This document shows, piece by piece, positions 1 to 9,566 of a stretch of 64,000 nt of DNA. The DNA lies in NCBI GenBank assembly GCA_964484755.1, contig CAZAGH010000003.1, positions 15,157 to 79,156 of the forward strand. Reading direction: 5' to 3'. This stretch comes from an uncultured Melioribacter sp. (GTDB taxonomy: Bacteria > Bacteroidota > Ignavibacteria > Kapaibacteriales > Kapaibacteriaceae). Position 1 is the first letter of the stretch. Each line of letters opens with the position of its first letter. Below the pieces are notes generated by a model, which saw only the letters and a list, made by a program, of their open reading frames with translations, searched no databases and had not been told where the DNA came from. The translations under genes were made by a program, and so were the position numbers.

Positions 1-3000
1 CATCGAACGACAAGCTTGTTATCTACTACGTGAACCTTACGCCAATCGGTGCAAAGACGGCTACGGTTGGTGGTGTTACGCACAACGTAACGTTCAATCC
101 TAACAACCGTCCGAGCAGTGGTGGTGAACACTATCGTTTCTCGATGCAAGTAACACTGAATCGCTCGGACAGCTCCGTTGTAGTTCAGTATGAGCGTTTC
201 TCCGGTATCGCTCCCCGTGGCGCACTGTCTCCACACCCTGCAACTGTTTGGATGCGTTGTAACTCGACGGTAGGTGTTACTGGTCCAGCACGTCGCCTAA
301 ACTGGAGTGGTTTCCCAACGACTCCACTTCCAGCAAACACGATGTTGGATTTCAATACAATTAAGTACACGCAATACACAGAATACCTCCACAACGTGGA
401 CAATGGTGGTTCGGTACGTGCTGTGAGCTCACGTAATGACGACAACACTGTTCCGAAGGACTTCTTGGCTATCAAGTTCAAGCAGTACAAGAACATCATG
501 CGCGTTATCAACGTGTCGTATCGCGTACGCCAGCTGAACAACAATGCGAACCTCGCGTTCTCAGTTGTTGTTCCAACAGCTCAAGCTAACAACTACGAGC
601 TTCTTGCAGGCGAAGAGCGCCTCGGTGCTATCCAGCCAGTTGCCATCGTACAAAGCTTGACGAATGACATTCAGGGCCCACAAGGCGTTAACTACACACG
701 TCAGGGTGTGAACTTCAAGGTTCGCTTCCTTATCCGCAATGAAGCTACAGGCAAGATCGTCTACAACACGTCGAAGTCTGTAACAGACGCTGCGCTTCGT
801 GACACGCTCCTTTCAGGCGTTTATCGCTGTGACATCAACGGTAACAACCAGCCTTATCAGCCAGCCAACACATTTGTGTTGCCATACGAATTCATCAAGG
901 TTGTGTTCCCGCCGTTCGAGCCGAACCCGTTCATCGACGACCAAATCGGCCGCTTGCTCACGACAGTTATTGCCGAACCTAAGGACTCACTGAACCAGCC
1001 TCTTGGCGATCAGTGGCCGTTTGACGATACAACAAGTATCCGCATCTTCTCGATGCGTCGTTTGTCATCATTCAGTGATGATGTAACTGAGTATCACCTC
1101 GTCGGTGGTGCGGCTATGCCTTCGGTTCTCAAGTGGGTAAACATCGAAACAGATGTTGTTGACGGTGATGAAATCACGAACAACCCACCACCTCCACGTG
1201 GTGAGTATGCTGCTGCAAACTCTGAGATCTATCGTCTCAAGTCGCCAGTAATCCGTCTTAACCGCGTCAATCTTGGCAACGTTGATATCCCACCTGTAGG
1301 TCAGTACGGTGGTGACGAACTTCGTTCGTTCCCAATCAACCTTACACGCAAGAAGCGCGCTGTTCTCTCGATCTCATATCAGCGTACAGGTAAGCTTACG
1401 TCACTTGCTCGTGGTTTCTCAGACAATCGTCTGATTGGACCTGAGCACCGTGTAAACATGCTTGCAGTTAACGGCTTCACGCCTGGCTTCCGTAACCCGG
1501 ACGAAGTATGGGTTGAATTCGCACGTCCAAGCGTAGACCAACTGAACGGTATCACCAACATTCAGAACTGGGTACTCGACGTTCAAGCTCGTGGTACGCA
1601 GTACATTCAGCCATTCCGCATGTGGGGTGGTGGTGGAAATGCCCGCGGATATGATCTTGCTGACTACAACCTTCAGTTGACAGCATCTCCGAACCCACCG
1701 CTTGGTGGCTTCCGTGAAGATCTCTTCGACGACGGTAAGGATGCAGAGTACTACAAGGTAACGATCCCAATTCCGGATACAGTGCTTACTTGGGTGAACG
1801 AAGGCGCACGTAACTTCCGTTTCCGTCTGCGTGCTCGCTGCTTGAATAACTCAACACCGCCACTTCCGGCTGACGATGAAGACAATTTCTTTGTTGACAA
1901 CGTGAAGCTTCTCTTCCCAGACGAAGTCACGGACGTTGAATTCTCGAACATTCAGTTGATCTGGCCATACACGATGGCGCCTGCTTCACAGGCAACTCGG
2001 GTTCCAGTTCGCGTCAAGATTTCGAACAATACAAACATTGCCGCTCCGGCTTTCTCCGTACGTGTTCAAATCAAGCCAGACGGTAATGAAGCTCAGCAGA
2101 TCTATTGCCGTACGATCACAGTTCCAACACTTGCTGGTAACCGTGAAGTATTGCTTCCGTTCCCTGATGCTAACTTCCGTACAACAACACCTGGTCAGTA
2201 CAAGGTTACGGGCCGTATCTTCTTCCCTGGTAATGACTTGGATACATTGAACGACTCAACGTTCACGATGTTCCGCATGACATTCGGCCCAGCTTTCGCT
2301 TACGAAAACAATCCGAACAATGCTACGAACGACGTTCCTAAGCTTCAGTTCTCAGGAATCACAGGTAAGGGTCTGAACCACCGTGGTGGTAATGGCGGTG
2401 GCGCTGGTGCATCATGGGGTCAGCTTGCAGGTGCTGGTGCTCAGTACTCTTCAGGTAGCTCATGGGGTCAGATTCCGTCTGGCGTAACTGCTAACGATAT
2501 GTTTGGTGCAGACGCTGGTAACGCTTCTGGTCAGATCGCTATGCGCTTTACATTGTTCTCTCAGGATACAGTTGCTGGTTACCAGGCTTACTGGGCTGAA
2601 CTCAACCAGGACGTTCTGAATATCTCGTTCTCACTCTATCGTGACCAAGGCGGTCTCCCAGGTGATGAGCGTATCGCGAATTCGACCATTCTTCGCCGTC
2701 GTGGTGAAGATGAAACCGGTGCGTTTAATGAGCCACAGTTTGGCAAGTATGTAACGTATCTCCTAAGCCAGCCAGTGGTTATCCCACCGGGTGAATACTG
2801 GGCATCTGTCGCACAGATGGGTACAGAAGGTTACGAACTTGGTGCTTCTGAATCACGTATGGGTATGGTTACAACATTGTACTCAGACATCCCAGTCTTC
2901 GGTATCGGTAACCGCACACTTCTGATCGATAAGAACTTCCGTATCCGCAACCGTTCAGGCGCGTTGCTCAATGACAACCGCTTCGCGTTTGAATTGACAC

Positions 3001-3833
3001 GCTTCTCAGGTGACTGGGCTCCATTCACACCTACAATTGGTAACCCTGGTTATCCGCACCTCAATGCACTTGGTTCGAGCCTTGGTTATCCAACGTTTAC
3101 ACGTGGTTCATGGATTCCATTGCTCCGCCCATTCTTCGGCAATCGTTCATTCTCAAGCCCGCCAATCTTTGTAGAGTGCGGAGTTCCAGTAGAACTTTCA
3201 TACTTCGACGCCAAGGCCCGTGCCACAGGTATCGACGTGTTCTGGGAGACAGCTCAAGAGAAGAACAACGCTGGATTCCATGTTGAGCGTCGTGCTACTA
3301 AGGAGATCACAAACTTGACAACCGGTAAGACAATGCTTTCATGCGTTGATCGTACGGCAAGTGTCGAGAATCCTTGGGTTGCTGTTGGATTTGTCAATGG
3401 TGTTGGTAACTCATCATCAACATCGAACTACAAGTATTTCGACAACAACGTATCCGTTGGAACGAAGTACGAGTACCGCCTCCGTCAGGTAGACGTTTCA
3501 GGTGCTCAGTCATTCTCAAACGTTGTCAACGTGGAATTTGGCAACGGTTCAGATGTAGCGCTTGACAACAACTATCCAAACCCGACAAATGGCAAGACAA
3601 CGTTCACGTTCACAGTGCCGTTTAGCTCACGTGTCAAGCTCGAAGTTTTTGATCTCATGGGTAACTCCATCAAGACTGTTTACGACAACGTCGTTGCAGG
3701 CCAGTCAAATGCATATGCAGTTGAATGGGATGGACGTCACAATGATGGTTCAGATGTAGCTTCTGGCTCGTACATGTACAAGCTTACAGTTGGTGAGACG
3801 GTTCTTTCAAAGACTCTCACAATCGTTCGCTAA
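1..3833 (+). CDS. Large secreted protein with a T9SS type-A C-terminal sorting domain; the 5' end is probably outside the window
   Basis: The frame is open from base 3 up to the listed GTG at 30, so the N-terminus is likely truncated. The last ~85 aa (NYPNPTNGKTTFTF..VFDLMGNSI..GSYMYKLTV..) fit the Por-secretion-tail pattern. No catalytic motif was recognised. Confidence 0.7.
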   Translation, partial: SNDKLVIYYVNLTPIGAKTATVGGVTHNVTFNPNNRPSSGGEHYRFSMQVTLNRSDSSVVVQYERFSGIAPRGALSPHPATVWMRCNSTVGVTGPARRLNWSGFPTTPLPANTMLDFNTIKYTQYTEYLHNVDNGGSVRAVSSRNDDNTVPKDFLAIKFKQYKNIMRVINVSYRVRQLNNNANLAFSVVVPTAQANNYELLAGEERLGAIQPVAIVQSLTNDIQGPQGVNYTRQGVNFKVRFLIRNEATGKIVYNTSKSVTDAALRDTLLSGVYRCDINGNNQPYQPANTFVLPYEFIKVVFPPFEPNPFIDDQIGRLLTTVIAEPKDSLNQPLGDQWPFDDTTSIRIFSMRRLSSFSDDVTEYHLVGGAAMPSVLKWVNIETDVVDGDEITNNPPPPRGEYAAANSEIYRLKSPVIRLNRVNLGNVDIPPVGQYGGDELRSFPINLTRKKRAVLSISYQRTGKLTSLARGFSDNRLIGPEHRVNMLAVNGFTPGFRNPDEVWVEFARPSVDQLNGITNIQNWVLDVQARGTQYIQPFRMWGGGGNARGYDLADYNLQLTASPNPPLGGFREDLFDDGKDAEYYKVTIPIPDTVLTWVNEGARNFRFRLRARCLNNSTPPLPADDEDNFFVDNVKLLFPDEVTDVEFSNIQLIWPYTMAPASQATRVPVRVKISNNTNIAAPAFSVRVQIKPDGNEAQQIYCRTITVPTLAGNREVLLPFPDANFRTTTPGQYKVTGRIFFPGNDLDTLNDSTFTMFRMTFGPAFAYENNPNNATNDVPKLQFSGITGKGLNHRGGNGGGAGASWGQLAGAGAQYSSGSSWGQIPSGVTANDMFGADAGNASGQIAMRFTLFSQDTVAGYQAYWAELNQDVLNISFSLYRDQGGLPGDERIANSTILRRRGEDETGAFNEPQFGKYVTYLLSQPVVIPPGEYWASVAQMGTEGYELGASESRMGMVTTLYSDIPVFGIGNRTLLIDKNFRIRNRSGALLNDNRFAFELTRFSGDWAPFTPTIGNPGYPHLNALGSSLGYPTFTRGSWIPLLRPFFGNRSFSSPPIFVECGVPVELSYFDAKARATGIDVFWETAQEKNNAGFHVERRATKEITNLTTGKTMLSCVDRTASVENPWVAVGFVNGVGNSSSTSNYKYFDNNVSVGTKYEYRLRQVDVSGAQSFSNVVNVEFGNGSDVALDNNYPNPTNGKTTFTFTVPFSSRVKLEVFDLMGNSIKTVYDNVVAGQSNAYAVEWDGRHNDGSDVASGSYMYKLTVGETVLSKTLTIVR

Positions 3834-3854
3834 GAACGAATAGGTTCGAATCCA

Positions 3855-3890
3855 AAGCCCTCGACACATTGTGTCGAGGGCTTTTCTTTT
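3855..3890 (+). terminator. Rho-independent terminator
   Basis: A perfect 11-bp stem, gccctcgacac (3857-3867) / gtgtcgagggc (3871-3881), with a 3-nt loop, followed by ttttctttt. Confidence 0.85.
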
Positions 3891-3911
3891 GACTACTACG
3901 TAAATTGCTTC

Positions 3912-4877
3912 ATGGCTACATCAAACGTCAAGCGGCTTATTGAGAATGCATTGCGCAGTCAAGCACGAGCTATGGAATGCATTGCTGCAACCGAAATCGA
4001 TGCGATGAGCAATGCAGTACAGTCTATACTTACGGCAAATCACATAGTTGCGCTGGGAGTGGGGAAGTCGGCGTTCATTGCTCAGAAACTGGCCGCATCC
4101 TTGATTAGCATTGGGATAGATGCACGCTTTCTGCACGCAACTGATGCATTGCATGGAGATGTCGGTATCATTCGTCCAGGGACCAAGATGGTCATCTTCA
4201 GTAAGAGTGGAGAAACGAAGGAGCTGGCAGAGCTTCTATCAGTTCAACAAATGCAGGAGGCAGAGCGCATTGTGGTTACATCAAATAGAGGCTCCTCATT
4301 TGTGCGCTCGTCCGATGTGCTCATCTGCCTTCCCGGAGTGCCAGAATTTGATGCCGACAACCTATTGCCAACGTCAAGTACTACGTCTTCAATGGCAGTA
4401 GCCGACTGTTTAGTAGCAGGAGTTGCGTCTCAAAACTCAGCCACGGCTGACATCCTGCGTAAGACGCATCCTCAGGGTGCTATTGGCAGAATGCTTACAA
4501 TGACTGTACGTGAGATTATCGATCGATACTCAACTACACCATCAATTTCAATCGATGCAAGACTCGTGGATGCAATCAGCGTGCTCAATTCAGAGACTCG
4601 AGGTATTGTTTGTGGTGTTAATGAATCCGGAACGTTAGAGGGTATTCTAACAGATGGTGACATTCGACGGCTTGTTCAGCAACAAGCAGATATCCGAAAC
4701 CTTCATTTTTCAGACGTTGCAACACGGAATCCAACGGTTGTCCATCCTGAAGCCTCATTACATCAGGCACTACACCTGATGGAAAAGCGAGAGCGAAAGT
4801 TATCCGTATTGCCCGTGGTTGGTAACGACATGCAGCTTCTAGGTGTCATACAGCTACACGACGTTGTAACAATGTAA
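3912..4877 (+). CDS. kdsD: KpsF/GutQ/KdsD-type arabinose-5-phosphate isomerase (SIS domain plus tandem CBS domains)
   Basis: SIS-domain motifs (GVGKSAFIAQKLAASL, VIFSKSGETKE) followed by a C-terminal CBS pair. Length is 321 aa. Confidence 0.8.
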   Translation: MATSNVKRLIENALRSQARAMECIAATEIDAMSNAVQSILTANHIVALGVGKSAFIAQKLAASLISIGIDARFLHATDALHGDVGIIRPGTKMVIFSKSGETKELAELLSVQQMQEAERIVVTSNRGSSFVRSSDVLICLPGVPEFDADNLLPTSSTTSSMAVADCLVAGVASQNSATADILRKTHPQGAIGRMLTMTVREIIDRYSTTPSISIDARLVDAISVLNSETRGIVCGVNESGTLEGILTDGDIRRLVQQQADIRNLHFSDVATRNPTVVHPEASLHQALHLMEKRERKLSVLPVVGNDMQLLGVIQLHDVVTM

Positions 4878-4878
4878 T

Positions 4879-4896
4879 CAAACTCAGATGAGTTTG
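4879..4896. terminator. Hairpin between convergent genes (weak candidate bidirectional terminator)
   Basis: caaactc-agat-gagtttg forms a 7-bp stem. There is no clear U-tract on either side. Confidence 0.3.
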
Positions 4897-4908
4897 GCTG
4901 GCACAAGT

Positions 4909-5802
4909 TCACCGCCGTTGTAAGCGAAGCGAGTCCCTACTCTTTAGCGCCTGCGCTGCACGCAGTGAGTCTGCATTCGGCGCAGGTGTTTGAGGTCGAG
5001 CAGGAGCATTTGAGGCTATAACCTCTTTACGGGTGATCGTTAACTCACGCAGCACTTCATTCGACTTGGCAAACTGACGAAAAGGCTCACCGTTGCGCGA
5101 AAACCGTATCGACCCGGCATTAAAGATATTGTTGATCACAAAACGATCCATTGCCCCCCAGGTGTATTCGTTATTGGGAACGAGTAGCACCTTTTCATTC
5201 CGCTTGTTGTCAATCGTTATCGTGAACTCGCTTGTATCATCCGCTATCGCTAGCAGCCGTATCGAGTCACCAGATCCAATCTCAACGATAGAATTGTCTC
5301 CCAGAGCGACGGGATCGCCAGATGAATTCTTGATCACGACATATGTGATGACCGTAAGCGATAGCACAATACCTACAATAACGAGCACCTTGTTCTTGAC
5401 GGAACGTTTCTTTCGAAAGATCGCCGCATAGGCCCCTTGCACACCAGTCCTTGACTGCTCTATGAGATTCGATACAGTGTCGCTGGTTCGCTCAACCTGC
5501 TCGCTCGCGCTATAATGCGATGAAGGGGGCTGCTCCGGCTGATAGCGGGCTGTTGCGCCTATGGCATCTGGATCATCGAGAACTGCATGGATCAACTTTT
5601 GGATCTCATGCGGTGGTATCTGCAATGCACCTGCTAGTGTCTTAATGAACGAGCGAACGTAAACGGCAGGTAGAATGTTGTACATGCCACGTTCAAGAGC
5701 AACAACGTATGGCTCGCGTACCTTGGTCAGGTTCGCCAGCTCGGCTGTGGAGAGACCACGGGCCACTCGCTCTCTTTTCAGTCGCTCGGCTAGGGGGTCC
5801 AC
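4909..5802 (-). CDS. RodZ-like protein (N-terminal HTH, one TM helix, C-terminal beta-rich domain)
   Basis: N-terminal Xre-type HTH (RGLSTAELANLTKV..YVRSFIKTLA), a central hydrophobic helix (VLVIVGIVLSLTVITYVVI) and a GTG start. Confidence 0.6.
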   Translation of the reverse strand: MDPLAERLKRERVARGLSTAELANLTKVREPYVVALERGMYNILPAVYVRSFIKTLAGALQIPPHEIQKLIHAVLDDPDAIGATARYQPEQPPSSHYSASEQVERTSDTVSNLIEQSRTGVQGAYAAIFRKKRSVKNKVLVIVGIVLSLTVITYVVIKNSSGDPVALGDNSIVEIGSGDSIRLLAIADDTSEFTITIDNKRNEKVLLVPNNEYTWGAMDRFVINNIFNAGSIRFSRNGEPFRQFAKSNEVLRELTITRKEVIASNAPARPQTPAPNADSLRAAQALKSRDSLRLQRR

Positions 5803-5895
5803 GTACTACTCTTGAAACATAATTAATCCAGTACCGCAAATATGTTCTAAATGTGGTATTGTAAAAAGTAAAATTGTAGACATTCGGAGTCTGCC

Positions 5896-6441
5896 GTGAA
5901 ATGGTCGCTTTTACCCTATGGTGCGTATGTCGCGTTTGCCTTTGCGTGTATCCTTTTCGGTGGGCTTGCCTATCGTCAGGTCATCGACATGTTGGATCTG
6001 CGGGCAAGTAAGACTGGGGAAGATCTCGAGCTTTTCCTGAGTGCGCCTGGAGTGATCTATGCCTTCCTCGCAGCCCTGGTTCTTCTTCCCATTGGATGGC
6101 TATGCTACGGAGTAGGAGAGCCCACGATTTGGAAGTATGCTCTGCCACTTGTTGGGGTTGTCCAGCTTGCTCAACTGGCAACGCGATTGTACTTTCAACG
6201 ACTCCGTTTGCGCACGAGAGCGATCGTTGTGCGCTATGTACTTAGATCAGAGAGCACGATCATACAACATGCCGAAGTTGAGAACGTTCATGTTCATCGA
6301 AACCTGCTTTGGTCAACTATTACCATTACAGGTGCGCACAACAAGGTAGCTTCGTTTCGTATTTTTCGGTTCTCCGAAGACAAGCTGCTTGACAGAATAC
6401 GTTCACTCTCGGGCGTTCGTGCTACTGTCGATGCTGCCTGA
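5896..6441 (+). CDS. Hypothetical membrane protein
   Basis: Several hydrophobic helices in the N-terminal half. The family was not recognised. GTG start. Confidence 0.5.
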   Translation: MKWSLLPYGAYVAFAFACILFGGLAYRQVIDMLDLRASKTGEDLELFLSAPGVIYAFLAALVLLPIGWLCYGVGEPTIWKYALPLVGVVQLAQLATRLYFQRLRLRTRAIVVRYVLRSESTIIQHAEVENVHVHRNLLWSTITITGAHNKVASFRIFRFSEDKLLDRIRSLSGVRATVDAA

Positions 6442-6465
6442 CGTTACTCACTTACGCATCTTGAC

Positions 6466-7824
6466 ATGAAACCATCCATTCGAATTGCTTCCGGTCAGGG
6501 ATTCTGGGGCGACCTCCAACGAGCCCCTTACGAACAGGTTACACGCGGCCAGATCGACTATCTCATGATGGATTACCTGGCAGAGGTCACAATGTCGATC
6601 CTGCAGAAGCAGAAGATGCGCAATCCGGAGTTGGGCTATGCCAAAGACCTGATTGATGTGTGCCAGGAAATCCTGCCGCACATCATGGAAAAGGGCATTA
6701 CGCTTATCACCAACGGTGGCGGTGTAAACCCATTGGCTGCCCGAGACAAGATCTTCGAGGTGGCAAGGGGCTTGGGCATCACAGGACTCAAGATCGGGGT
6801 CGTGATCGGTGATGATATTCTGTCGCAGGTCGATGGTCTGATAGAACAAGGGCATGAGCTCAAGCACATGGAGACGGGAGAGCCCATTGCTTCTGTCAAG
6901 CACAAGCTACTCAGTGCCAACGTGTACACGGGCGCTTGGCCAATCGTTGAGGCACTTCGTCAGGGAGCACAGATCATTATCACCGGCCGAACAACCGATA
7001 CGGGGCTTACCTTAGCGCCGATGATTCACGAGTTTGGGTGGAGCCAGGATGATTGGGATAAACTTGCTGCTGGCACAGTGGCAGGACACATCAACGAGTG
7101 CGGCGCGCAGGCAAGTGGTGGTAATTTTCTTGGTGACTGGAGATCAGTGCCCGATATGGATGACATTGGGTTTCCGATCATCGAGGCATTCCCAGACGGG
7201 ACATTCATTGTTACAAAGCACGAGGGTACCGGTGGACTAGTCTCGCGTGAAACTGTCAGTGAGCAGCTCATGTACGAGATCGGCGACCCCACCTCGTACA
7301 TCACACCCGATTGTATTGCCGACTTTTCAACGATTCAACTTGAAGATCTTGGTAACGACCGAGTACGAGTCTATGGGGTAAAGGGGCGTCCCAACACCCC
7401 AACACTGAAGGTCAGTGCATCATATCTCGATGGCTACGTCGCATTTGGGTCATTAACATACTCAGCACCAGATGCCTATGAAAAGGCGCAGGCGGCCGAC
7501 GCCGTGCTTCGTCGCAGACTCGATAGGCTAGGTCTAACATTCGATGAGATTCGCACAGAGTATGTTGGGATGAACGCATGCCACGGTGCTATCGCACCAG
7601 CGATCGTTCCAAACGAAGTTATGATGCGTATTGGTGTGCGAGGGAAAGACAAGAAGGATATCGAGCGTTTTGCCAAGGAGATTGCACCATTGATCCTGAC
7701 GGGGCCTCCGAGCGTTACCGGTTTCTCTGGAGGTAGGCCCAAGGCTACCGATGTTGTGGCCTACTTCCCAGCCCTACTTGACCGTAACGTGGTCAATATG
7801 CGTGTTGTGGTCGATGAAATGTAG
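6466..7824 (+). CDS. DUF1446 / AtuA-like (acyclic terpene utilisation family) protein
   Basis: The N-terminus IASGQGFWGD..DYLMMDYLAEVTMSIL and the 452-aa length are typical of the AtuA/DUF1446 family. Confidence 0.7.
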   Translation: MKPSIRIASGQGFWGDLQRAPYEQVTRGQIDYLMMDYLAEVTMSILQKQKMRNPELGYAKDLIDVCQEILPHIMEKGITLITNGGGVNPLAARDKIFEVARGLGITGLKIGVVIGDDILSQVDGLIEQGHELKHMETGEPIASVKHKLLSANVYTGAWPIVEALRQGAQIIITGRTTDTGLTLAPMIHEFGWSQDDWDKLAAGTVAGHINECGAQASGGNFLGDWRSVPDMDDIGFPIIEAFPDGTFIVTKHEGTGGLVSRETVSEQLMYEIGDPTSYITPDCIADFSTIQLEDLGNDRVRVYGVKGRPNTPTLKVSASYLDGYVAFGSLTYSAPDAYEKAQAADAVLRRRLDRLGLTFDEIRTEYVGMNACHGAIAPAIVPNEVMMRIGVRGKDKKDIERFAKEIAPLILTGPPSVTGFSGGRPKATDVVAYFPALLDRNVVNMRVVVDEM

Positions 7825-8809
7825 GTTCATCGCTCTCCTGCTCTGTGTAGCGACGCTTCACGCAGGTGCTCAGGATGTTGTTGATAGTACCTACCTAACG
7901 CGGGATGAGTTTCGTTTTGCCGATGATCCCCGCTACACGCTCTTGGGAGGAACACCCCGCCGAGTTACTCAGGTTCAGCCACTTCCAACACTAGCGCTTG
8001 GTGCAGCCTATACAGGACTGTTCATGTTCTTGAACTACCATATGAGCAATTCGTGGTGGCAGCGCAGTGTTGATTTTCGTGTGATCGAAGATGGATACTA
8101 CGCTCGAGGCGCAGATAAGGCCGGGCATACCTATACCGGGTATGTAGCCAGCACTGTCTGCGGGGACCTCCTGATGGAGTGTGGATTTGACTACACCACC
8201 TCCACATGGCTTGGTGCAGCAATGGGGCTTGGCTACATGTCCTATGTTGAATACCAAGACGGTCATGGAGCCAATTGGGGCTTCTCTCCATCCGATGCTA
8301 TTGCCAATACTGCTGGGGCCGCGATCTATGTTGCGCGCAATCTGTCGCCATTTGCGCAGAACTTTATGCCGAGATGGTCGTACATGCCGGCCAACGTGAT
8401 AGGTGAGCAGCCCACAAACGGTCGGGAAGTAACCGTGCTGGACGATTACAATGCGACAACGTTCTGGCTTGCATGCAATGTTCATAATCTCTTACCAAAG
8501 GATCTGAAACCATACTGGCCTGATTGGATGATGTTATCTGTTGGGTATGGGATCAGAAACTATGAAGTCTATCCCACGCTATCCGATGGAACACGATCCT
8601 CAACGCCCCTTCCAATCAAACGGCGGTTCCTCGTGGGAATCGATTATAATTGGGTCAAGATCATCCCTGAGGCCAAATCAATGGGCTTCTTGAATTATCT
8701 TCGGCAGGGATTGAATTACGTCCGCTTGCCAGGTCCAACGCTGGAGTTTGGCGATGATGGTGTTCGATTCGGCCTCTTCTATCCTTTTGCTATCGTGGTG
8801 CCATTCTGA
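7814..8809 (+). CDS. Secreted protein, possibly DUF2279-like
   Basis: The internal ATG at 7814 gives a signal peptide (MKCRFIALLLCVATLHAGAQD). A DKAGHTYTGY motif is present. The listed start at 7751 lies inside the upstream gene. Confidence 0.5.
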   Translation: MKCRFIALLLCVATLHAGAQDVVDSTYLTRDEFRFADDPRYTLLGGTPRRVTQVQPLPTLALGAAYTGLFMFLNYHMSNSWWQRSVDFRVIEDGYYARGADKAGHTYTGYVASTVCGDLLMECGFDYTTSTWLGAAMGLGYMSYVEYQDGHGANWGFSPSDAIANTAGAAIYVARNLSPFAQNFMPRWSYMPANVIGEQPTNGREVTVLDDYNATTFWLACNVHNLLPKDLKPYWPDWMMLSVGYGIRNYEVYPTLSDGTRSSTPLPIKRRFLVGIDYNWVKIIPEAKSMGFLNYLRQGLNYVRLPGPTLEFGDDGVRFGLFYPFAIVVPF

Positions 8810-9543
8810 AGATCAGTGTCATCGTCCCAACTTTTCAAGAGGAAAAGCTACTCGGTGCCACGCTTACGGTGTTTAGTCGTGAGTGGCGGCGCAAGCATGA
8901 CGCGGAATTGATCGTCAGCGATGGAGGTAGCACCGACGCAACTCTTGAGATTGCACAGCAGCATGCAGACCTTGTGGTTCAGCACAGCGAAGCGCGTCGA
9001 CAGACAATTGCGGAAGGTCGAAATAAGGGGGCACAACAGGCGCGTGGTGCCGTTCTAGTCTTTATCAACGGTGATACCGTGCCGAGGGATATCGAGTCGT
9101 TCACAAGGTGTCTGGAGCAGTTTGCACTCCGCACCGGATCCTACGCCAAAGCGTCGGCACTGGCATGCCCTGTGAGCTTTGATCCAGCTGAGCAACAGCT
9201 GCGCGACAGGATCTTTCATGTAGTCTATAACGCTTATGTCCGGTTGCTTTCGTGGCTGCGTGTAGGTGCCGGTAGAGGTGAGTGCCAAGTGATACGCAAA
9301 GAGATGTTTGAGCGCGTCCGTGGATACCGAGAAGAGCTTGTCGCAGGCGAAGATTTTGATCTATTTGCCCGTATCGGATTGCGCGGCCGAGTCTTGTTTG
9401 CACACGAGCTCCACGTGATTGAGTCTCCAAGACGGTTCCGCAAGTTTGGGTATCTTCGTGTCCTCGGATCGTGGACGCTTAACGCACTAAGCGTTATGTT
9501 CACAGGTCGATCATCCTCGGATGAATGGGAACCCGTTCGATAA
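8806..9543 (+). CDS. Family 2 glycosyltransferase; the start codon is non-canonical or unresolved
   Basis: The GT2 signature KISVIVPTFQEE..ELIVSDGGSTDAT begins at 8809, upstream of the first canonical start (GTG 8869). The in-frame stop is at 8755-8757. CTG at 8806 overlaps the upstream TGA. Confidence 0.7.
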   Translation: MKISVIVPTFQEEKLLGATLTVFSREWRRKHDAELIVSDGGSTDATLEIAQQHADLVVQHSEARRQTIAEGRNKGAQQARGAVLVFINGDTVPRDIESFTRCLEQFALRTGSYAKASALACPVSFDPAEQQLRDRIFHVVYNAYVRLLSWLRVGAGRGECQVIRKEMFERVRGYREELVAGEDFDLFARIGLRGRVLFAHELHVIESPRRFRKFGYLRVLGSWTLNALSVMFTGRSSSDEWEPVR

Positions 9544-9566
9544 CTTTACCTGTCCTGACCACTACC

